A stretch of DNA of 64,000 nt from Patescibacteria group bacterium. GTDB lineage: Bacteria > Patescibacteriota > Patescibacteriia > JBAZBY01. Below, piece by piece: positions 58,348 to 64,000 of the stretch. Made by a program: the position numbers and the translations under genes. Positions within the stretch are counted from its first letter, which is position 1, and every line of letters starts with the position of its first letter. Where the stretch lies: NCBI GenBank assembly GCA_041671225.1, contig JBAZBY010000001.1, positions 961,130 through 1,025,129 of the forward strand. Direction: 5' to 3'. A model generated the notes under the pieces. The model was given only the letters and a program-made list of their open reading frames with translations. It ran no database searches and was not told the origin of the DNA.

Positions 58348-58914
58348 ATGAGACTTGTTGGACGGGTTCCTGGAGAGAACGAACGGTTGGTGGCAGCCAT
58401 GGCCCGGCGTGGAATTCCCGCCAAGGTCGTGACCAACGCGACCGTCGTGAACCTGCTTATGGTGGACGGGCTGGGCGTGTACCAGCTTCCCCCGCGTATC
58501 AAGCGCGCTCATCTCCGCATCCAGGTTGCAGAGTACGGCGGGTGGAAGCAGGAAACCCAAGTCATCTGCAGCCCAGGCGGGCACCCCATGCGGCCGTTCT
58601 ACATTCCGCGCCGGGGAAACCTGGCTGGTGGCAAGTTCCACGCGCTGTTTTCTTGCGTGGAGTTCGTAGGCCTGGAGCTCAAGGGCAGCAACGTTCTGAA
58701 GCTCACCAGCGTTGCCATCGAGGTGGATGGCAAGACCGCCCGGATCGTGCCCAGCACACTCTGGGAGGGCAATGTCGACGCCTTCCCCGACGAACTGTGG
58801 AAGTTCCGCGACGCGGCAGATGCCGCGCTCACCAAGGCTGCCTGCCGCGATTGCACACACGTGCACTATGCGGCCATGCCCCCAACCGAACCCCAACCCC
58901 AGAGGAAGAAATGA
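58348..58914 (+). CDS. Hypothetical protein (array cargo)
   Basis: AAGGAGG RBS; 188 aa; C-terminal CRDCTHVH is a possible metal site. Confidence 0.72.
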   Translation: MRLVGRVPGENERLVAAMARRGIPAKVVTNATVVNLLMVDGLGVYQLPPRIKRAHLRIQVAEYGGWKQETQVICSPGGHPMRPFYIPRRGNLAGGKFHALFSCVEFVGLELKGSNVLKLTSVAIEVDGKTARIVPSTLWEGNVDAFPDELWKFRDAADAALTKAACRDCTHVHYAAMPPTEPQPQRKK

Positions 58915-59321
58915 ACATCACGATCCCGAATCTCGCAATCGAAGCCGCGCGCGGCTTCAAGGCAGTCATCGTACACCAGGACAACAACTGGGAGCCGGAC
59001 AGGGCTCCGCAGATGACCGAAGTGAACGGTGAATGGCTGCTTGCCGACGCCGAACAGTTCGTCGGCCCAGACAAGCAGTTCAAGGTCGCGGTGATTGGCT
59101 TCGCAACACAGTCCGAGGCGTTCACCTCGTACTGCAACCGCAACGACGCCGGGCTGGTCATCGGCGGGCCGCCGATGAACCACCCGGATAATCCGGATCT
59201 AGCGATCAAGAAGTTCTTCTGGGACGATGCCAGGAAGATCATGTTCCTGCTCGTCCCGGGCTACTGGGTCTACATGACACCGGGTGGTAACTGGAACAAC
59301 CAGTTCACCGCACTCCCGTAA
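58911..59321 (+). CDS. Hypothetical protein (array cargo)
   Basis: GAGGAAG RBS and ATGA overlap; MNITIPNLA..., the 3' part of the 396-aa track ORF. Confidence 0.7.
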   Translation: MNITIPNLAIEAARGFKAVIVHQDNNWEPDRAPQMTEVNGEWLLADAEQFVGPDKQFKVAVIGFATQSEAFTSYCNRNDAGLVIGGPPMNHPDNPDLAIKKFFWDDARKIMFLLVPGYWVYMTPGGNWNNQFTALP

Positions 59322-59405
59322 CTTCAACGGCTGACACCTCAGCTACGCCCACTGCTCCTTCATCCCTCAACCGTGTTTGGGACGGTACCGCATAAAAAAC
59401 CGTCC

Positions 59406-59434
59406 ACCCGAAGCGCATGCGCTCCGGGTTTTTT
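59406..59434 (+). terminator. Rho-independent terminator closing the array
   Basis: ACCCG-A-AGCGC-AT-GCGCT-C-CGGGT followed by a T run. Confidence 0.75.
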
Positions 59435-59513
59435 CTTTACAAAACCTTCACGCTCACATATACTCATTGCAATTTTCCCATGCCACCCCCTGCCTGATTG
59501 GAGGTATGCTCCT

Positions 59514-59633
59514 ATGTCGCTCATTCTCCGCACGTTCGCCCGGATGTCCATGCCATGGCGCTGCAAGCATTGCGGCAGCCTGAATGGCTCCGCCACGGTC
59601 CAGTGCTGGAACTGCAGCCGGATCCAGTTCTGA
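59514..59633 (+). CDS. Small zinc-ribbon protein (39 aa)
   Basis: GGAGG RBS; WRCKHCGSLN...CWNC, a RanBP2-like pattern. Confidence 0.6.
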   Translation: MSLILRTFARMSMPWRCKHCGSLNGSATVQCWNCSRIQF

Positions 59634-59730
59634 CCACATGCGCGGTCCATTCCCTTGACGAGGCGCCCTTCTCCGGAAGACGGCGCCTCCTTCCCTTTTG
59701 CACCATTGAAAAATCGTGTACTATACAGCC

Positions 59731-60126
59731 ATGGCAATCGAACAAAAAAATACGCACACTGATCTCTCGCCTCATATCTACGGTAAGCGCACGCTGGGTC
59801 AGCGTATGGCAGATAACCTCGCTTCATACGCAGGCAGCTGGGGATTCATCATCCTCTTCTTTGTCGTCATTTTGCTTTGGATCATTTTGAACGCCGTTCT
59901 TCTCGCAACCAAACCATGGGATCCGTATCCCTTCATCCTACTCAACCTCGCGCTCTCACTGCTCGCTGCTATACAAGCACCGGTCATTCTCATGAGCCAG
60001 AACAGGGCAGCGCAACGGGATCGAAAAAAAGCGGAACTTGACCTTGCTGTTGATCGTAAAGCTGAAAAAAAAATTGAAGAAATTCAGTCTGAACTTCAGG
60101 AAATAAAAAAACTCCTTCAAAAGTAA
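59731..60126 (+). CDS. DUF1003 membrane protein
   Basis: GSWGFI, DPYPFILLNL and QAPVILMSQNR motifs. Confidence 0.92.
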   Translation: MAIEQKNTHTDLSPHIYGKRTLGQRMADNLASYAGSWGFIILFFVVILLWIILNAVLLATKPWDPYPFILLNLALSLLAAIQAPVILMSQNRAAQRDRKKAELDLAVDRKAEKKIEEIQSELQEIKKLLQK

Positions 60127-60179
60127 CAGGCAAAAAATCGAACATGCCGGCTCATCGCGCACCTGCATGTCTTTTTTTA

Positions 60180-60944
60180 TTAGGGCCACGCGACAATAAC
60201 CCGCTTAGCGCCATTCTCGACATCACCATTATTCCAATCATGCATGGCATCCATGATGGTATCTATTTGGTAAACGTAATCCTCGCCTAACCTCGTGCCA
60301 ACGTCATTCGTAATGAAGGCATCTTCGGTGTAGCCAGTGAGTACCAACATATGATACAGTGGTCCGTCATTACTAAAATTCGGATTCCCGAGTTGCTTGC
60401 CCGCTGCCGGAACGATCACGGGCCGGCCTGCGGCAATATGCCCTTTGAGCTCGAGCACGGTTGGATCCTCAAGGACATCCACATGCGTATACCCCCAGTA
60501 TGCCTGCATCAGCTCCGCAGTCTCCGCCGCAGTGGTGTCTTTATAATAACCAAAATATTCATTCTCAAAATCAACAACTCCAAGAAGTGCTTCATCTGCA
60601 CTGTCAAGCGTAAAGGTTTTTCCGCTATAAAAATAATGCACCGTAAGGGCTGACGCTTCCTCGCATGCTTCTTGATATGGCAGTTCCCAATTTGCATGCG
60701 GCGCCTGCGATGTAAACGGAACATTCAAGGCAAAGCGTGCTGGAATCACAACGGGTACCGTTTCATCGGGCAGCGCGTCCTCCTCTGCAATTTCCTGCTC
60801 TGCAATAATCGGCCTGCGCACAAAGAACTGCTGTGCCTGGGGCGCATCACCAAGCGCTTCATACACAAATAAAAACTCCCCCACGCACGCGGCTATGGTC
60901 AAAAGAATCAAGAACGGCCAAGAAGTTTTGTGTTGATTATTCAT
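60180..60944 (-). CDS. C39-like cysteine peptidase
   Basis: VPFTSQAP, ACEEAS (Cys), YHMLVLTGY (His), NDVG. Confidence 0.85.
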   Translation of the reverse strand: MNNQHKTSWPFLILLTIAACVGEFLFVYEALGDAPQAQQFFVRRPIIAEQEIAEEDALPDETVPVVIPARFALNVPFTSQAPHANWELPYQEACEEASALTVHYFYSGKTFTLDSADEALLGVVDFENEYFGYYKDTTAAETAELMQAYWGYTHVDVLEDPTVLELKGHIAAGRPVIVPAAGKQLGNPNFSNDGPLYHMLVLTGYTEDAFITNDVGTRLGEDYVYQIDTIMDAMHDWNNGDVENGAKRVIVAWP

Positions 60945-61017
60945 ACAATAAGTATACCAAAAATACCCCTTCATGTATTTTTTGAGTAGGAAAAAGACTT
61001 AGTGCTTTTTCGTAGCC

Positions 61018-62571
61018 TTATTCGCCGTTCTGCACGATCGCTGAAATATCATCAAGGTCGTACGGATAACGTAATTTTTTATGGCGGTATGAATGGTTCG
61101 GAAGTATTTCAAATGCTGTTCCAAAATATGCATTCAAAAGCAAACGAAAATCATTTACTGGACTCAAATCTTGAGGAATGACCGCCGGGTCAATGCCTGG
61201 AAAATATACCGCGCTCAAAATGCCCACCTTGGAGCGAAGTTCCTCATCGGTAGCCTGATCCCAATCCGTAATGCCACCAATATCCTGCGTCTTAAATCGG
61301 AAAGGATATGGTCCCTCGTCAGCCTGAAGAATAATAATCGGCGGCTCTTCAGAATGTGTGAGGATAGTATCCATCAGCGCATCCATCTGCGTATTTGCGT
61401 ACTGTAACTGATCTACGTATGACTGTTGCTGCCCTTTGTTCAGAAAATCCTGCACTGTTTGATATACACCATTACGATCATACACATACGGAGAATGTGG
61501 CATGAGAATGTGTGCAAACGTGAAGGTTGGTTCATCAATATCCGGAATGCGTCTAAGGCTTTCGAGCTGCACGCCAAAGCGATTGTAATGCTCCTTCCGC
61601 AGATCAAGACTACGAAGAAAATCGATGTCAGCGTGGAAGTACTCCGTAAACGGATGAATGAGCGTTGTGGAATACAATAAAATCGAAAAATCAGATGCAT
61701 ACGAATTATCAACGGAAAAATCCGCATTTTCATTTGTACGCGTTGGTCCCCACCATGAACCAACATGTATAGTTGTATATCCCTGCGCATTGAAAAAATC
61801 CACCACGCTGTTGTTTTCCATATTCTTATACAACCAACTCCATATTCCCGATGTCGTAGGCGGCACTCCAGGAATATCCTGAACGTAGTTCATATTCAAG
61901 GTTGCAGTGAGAGAGTGCGAAGTATCCAGGTAATTCGCAAGGCTCTGCTCAGTCACCACAAAACCCCGCTGCGTCAGTGAATCAAGAAATTCCTTGTTAT
62001 CATACGAGAACATGTCCTGTAAAACTGAGTTACTCGCGTAACGATCCATGATGATAAAATAGACATCGGGGAGTATCTCAGGCGCGCTCCCCTGCACCTG
62101 TGCCTTGGCGACGCGTGTATCAATCTGATGTTCATCGGGCGTTGTCTGCAGCTGAAAAAGGACAATCTGGATAACGGTTATGCCGACGAGAAAAAATCCT
62201 GCCGCATTGAAGCCCTTGGTTATGTGTTGAAGGCTGCCACGACTCTTCATGAGAAAGAATACCGCCGTAAAAAAACCACCTATCCACAGCACCTCCAACA
62301 CAACGGTCATGAAGGGTAAATCTAAAGGAAAAATGCCACGCACATGGCCAAACGAAAAAAGAACCACATACAAAAGGCTCACAGTGATTGCAGCGCGCTC
62401 CCACTCTCCATACACCAACCGATGGAGTCCAAGAAGAAAAACAGCAAAAAGAATGAGTGCGGCTGCCGGCGCAAGAACAACCAAAAAAGGAGCCTCAGTG
62501 ATGTTCTCCACATAGAGAAAAAGCACGGGGTACAACGCAAAAAGAAAAACATGGATCGGTGAACGTATCAT
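61018..62571 (-). CDS. Membrane sulfatase/phosphotransferase-superfamily protein
   Basis: Five N-terminal TMs; PDVYFIIMD, HILMPHSPY and IILQADEG motifs. Confidence 0.8.
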   Translation of the reverse strand: MIRSPIHVFLFALYPVLFLYVENITEAPFLVVLAPAAALILFAVFLLGLHRLVYGEWERAAITVSLLYVVLFSFGHVRGIFPLDLPFMTVVLEVLWIGGFFTAVFFLMKSRGSLQHITKGFNAAGFFLVGITVIQIVLFQLQTTPDEHQIDTRVAKAQVQGSAPEILPDVYFIIMDRYASNSVLQDMFSYDNKEFLDSLTQRGFVVTEQSLANYLDTSHSLTATLNMNYVQDIPGVPPTTSGIWSWLYKNMENNSVVDFFNAQGYTTIHVGSWWGPTRTNENADFSVDNSYASDFSILLYSTTLIHPFTEYFHADIDFLRSLDLRKEHYNRFGVQLESLRRIPDIDEPTFTFAHILMPHSPYVYDRNGVYQTVQDFLNKGQQQSYVDQLQYANTQMDALMDTILTHSEEPPIIILQADEGPYPFRFKTQDIGGITDWDQATDEELRSKVGILSAVYFPGIDPAVIPQDLSPVNDFRLLLNAYFGTAFEILPNHSYRHKKLRYPYDLDDISAIVQNGE

Positions 62572-63941
62572 GATCTTTTGCGTGCCATAAGATAAAGAAT
62601 CCGCTTTGATTCAGGAATCGTTTCCTTGCGCAACGTAACAAAATATTCCTCAAATACGCGCTCAAAGCATTCTTGTGTGTATTCCGGAAAGACATCTTCC
62701 CGCGTCGCAAGTAATTTCTGTACGCGCGAATCTTCCTTTGGCACAAACTCAATGACAAGATGCTTTCCTGTTTGCACAAAAAAGGCAGCAAGTTCAGAGA
62801 GCGGAACGTTATTGCCGATGGCAAGATGATGGACAAGCGCAAGCGCAAGAGAAAGGTCTGCTGGACCGCGCGAAAGCAATGAACGGCGTTCGGCATGCGC
62901 CCATCCCAATGACGGACTGGGGTTTGTAAAATCCATAACAAGCGGCAGGATATTCTTTTCGCCTTTCTCGCGGATTGCACGATACCCCTTCTCCACGGCT
63001 GCCGGATCAATATCAAACGCGATGGTGGGAATCCCCTGCTGCGCAGCAAGCTGAGCAAACACGCCGGTATTTGCCCCAAGATCCCAGACCGACTCCGGGT
63101 GTACCTCTTTGATCGCGTCGTGGACAAGCTGCTCCTTTGCGGTAAAGGCATGATCTGTATAATTTGTCGCGCCATAATAGTCCGCCCATTCTGTTCCACC
63201 AGGTTCCCAGGAAAGACTTGAAATTGTTTTGCGAAGATTCTCCAGCAGTGCTTCCAAATTCCGCTTTGGCATTGTGCGCGTGCGTTGATTCTCTGCGCGA
63301 TCTGCGTATCGCGATTGCGTTCGCGCGTGAAGATGAATATGTGAAAGCAGCCCAAAATTCAACTTGGTTCGCTGCGGCAGCAATGTACTCGCAAGGTCAA
63401 GTGGCACACCGCCGAGATACAACCTTGTGAGTCCAGAAAGACGTACATCGCTATATGCCATGAGCGCCAACGGTGCAAGAAAATGTTCACAAAACTGGCG
63501 ATAGGCAACCCAAGGCCTGCCATCTGTATATGGCTCAAAGGAAAGTGAATCAATGAGTATCGGCTTGCCTGCCCTGAATTGAATATTAAATGCGCTCGCG
63601 TCCTTGAGTGTCATGTTATGAGCGAGTGCGATGCGTTGTATATCCAATGTCAGCAGCGCGGCATCCTGCAGCATCCCAAAAGACCACTCATAGGGATATG
63701 AAATGAATGAAAGAAACTCCGGCCGGATAACCTGATAACTTTTCTCCGTTTGGAGCGGAACTGCATCTACCTCCTCGTGTGGAAGTAAGAGTGCTTTGTC
63801 AATCAATGCCGTATAGAGTCCTCCATCCATGAACTGCCGGTAGGCATCCTTATAAGAATGATGCACCTCCCGATACAATATGCCTTCATTCCAAAAAAGA
63901 ACCCCACTAGGATCACGAAAGGAGCTCGATTCTTTATGCAT
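62568..63941 (-). CDS. SAM-dependent methyltransferase (NoeA-like)
   Basis: SFRDPSG, SYPYEW, LKDASAFN, DLGANTG and LALVHH motifs. Confidence 0.85.
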   Translation of the reverse strand: MHKESSSFRDPSGVLFWNEGILYREVHHSYKDAYRQFMDGGLYTALIDKALLLPHEEVDAVPLQTEKSYQVIRPEFLSFISYPYEWSFGMLQDAALLTLDIQRIALAHNMTLKDASAFNIQFRAGKPILIDSLSFEPYTDGRPWVAYRQFCEHFLAPLALMAYSDVRLSGLTRLYLGGVPLDLASTLLPQRTKLNFGLLSHIHLHARTQSRYADRAENQRTRTMPKRNLEALLENLRKTISSLSWEPGGTEWADYYGATNYTDHAFTAKEQLVHDAIKEVHPESVWDLGANTGVFAQLAAQQGIPTIAFDIDPAAVEKGYRAIREKGEKNILPLVMDFTNPSPSLGWAHAERRSLLSRGPADLSLALALVHHLAIGNNVPLSELAAFFVQTGKHLVIEFVPKEDSRVQKLLATREDVFPEYTQECFERVFEEYFVTLRKETIPESKRILYLMARKRS

Positions 63942-64000
63942 ACTTCACGAAGCGCTTATTCTGTCTTTTCTTTTTCCTTGCTGCGCGAGAAGCGAGCAAA

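Noticed and set aside
58131-58910. N-terminal 260 aa of the 396-aa track ORF
   Set aside because: It crosses element E9 and overlaps the SD-led 58348-58914 gene. The real start is at 58911.

Overview
The window looks like a Patescibacteria (CPR, Parcubacteria/ABY1-like) chromosome segment. This is inferred from CPR-type hypothetical genes, weak Shine-Dalgarno use in core genes and a TTCGG-N6-TTCGG SOS box. Bases 1-50,650 and 59,700-64,000 hold mostly housekeeping and envelope genes: 5' part of mraZ, pcrA/uvrD, lexA-dinB, tsaB, rplJL, pyrH, mltG, manC, a sortase locus with two giant LAxTG adhesins, uppP, an OLD-like ATPase, rarA, uppS, a polyprenyl synthase, three tRNAs, yjjX, xth, trxB and an ABC-2 exporter. 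The stand-out region is about 50.7-59.6 kb. Two tandem consensus sigma70 promoters are followed by a co-oriented array of GC-rich, SD-led, mutually unrelated genes, including an orphan P-loop NTPase + Csx3/Crn3 ring-nuclease pair, a DHH-like protein and a type IV pilin. These genes are separated by a recurring 150-350 nt non-coding element: a kissing-loop module, a CCGAG/UUCAG stem, a boxA-like GYTCATTACAA core and a long TTCAGCGAGG...CCTCGCTGAA hairpin. Compensatory base changes and top-strand G-U pairs point to a structured RNA. No integrase, reverse transcriptase or cas operon is present in the window. A second candidate is a roughly 760-nt ORF-less transcript, bounded by a promoter and a terminator, upstream of mraZ. 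All calls were made by eye; no database search was run.
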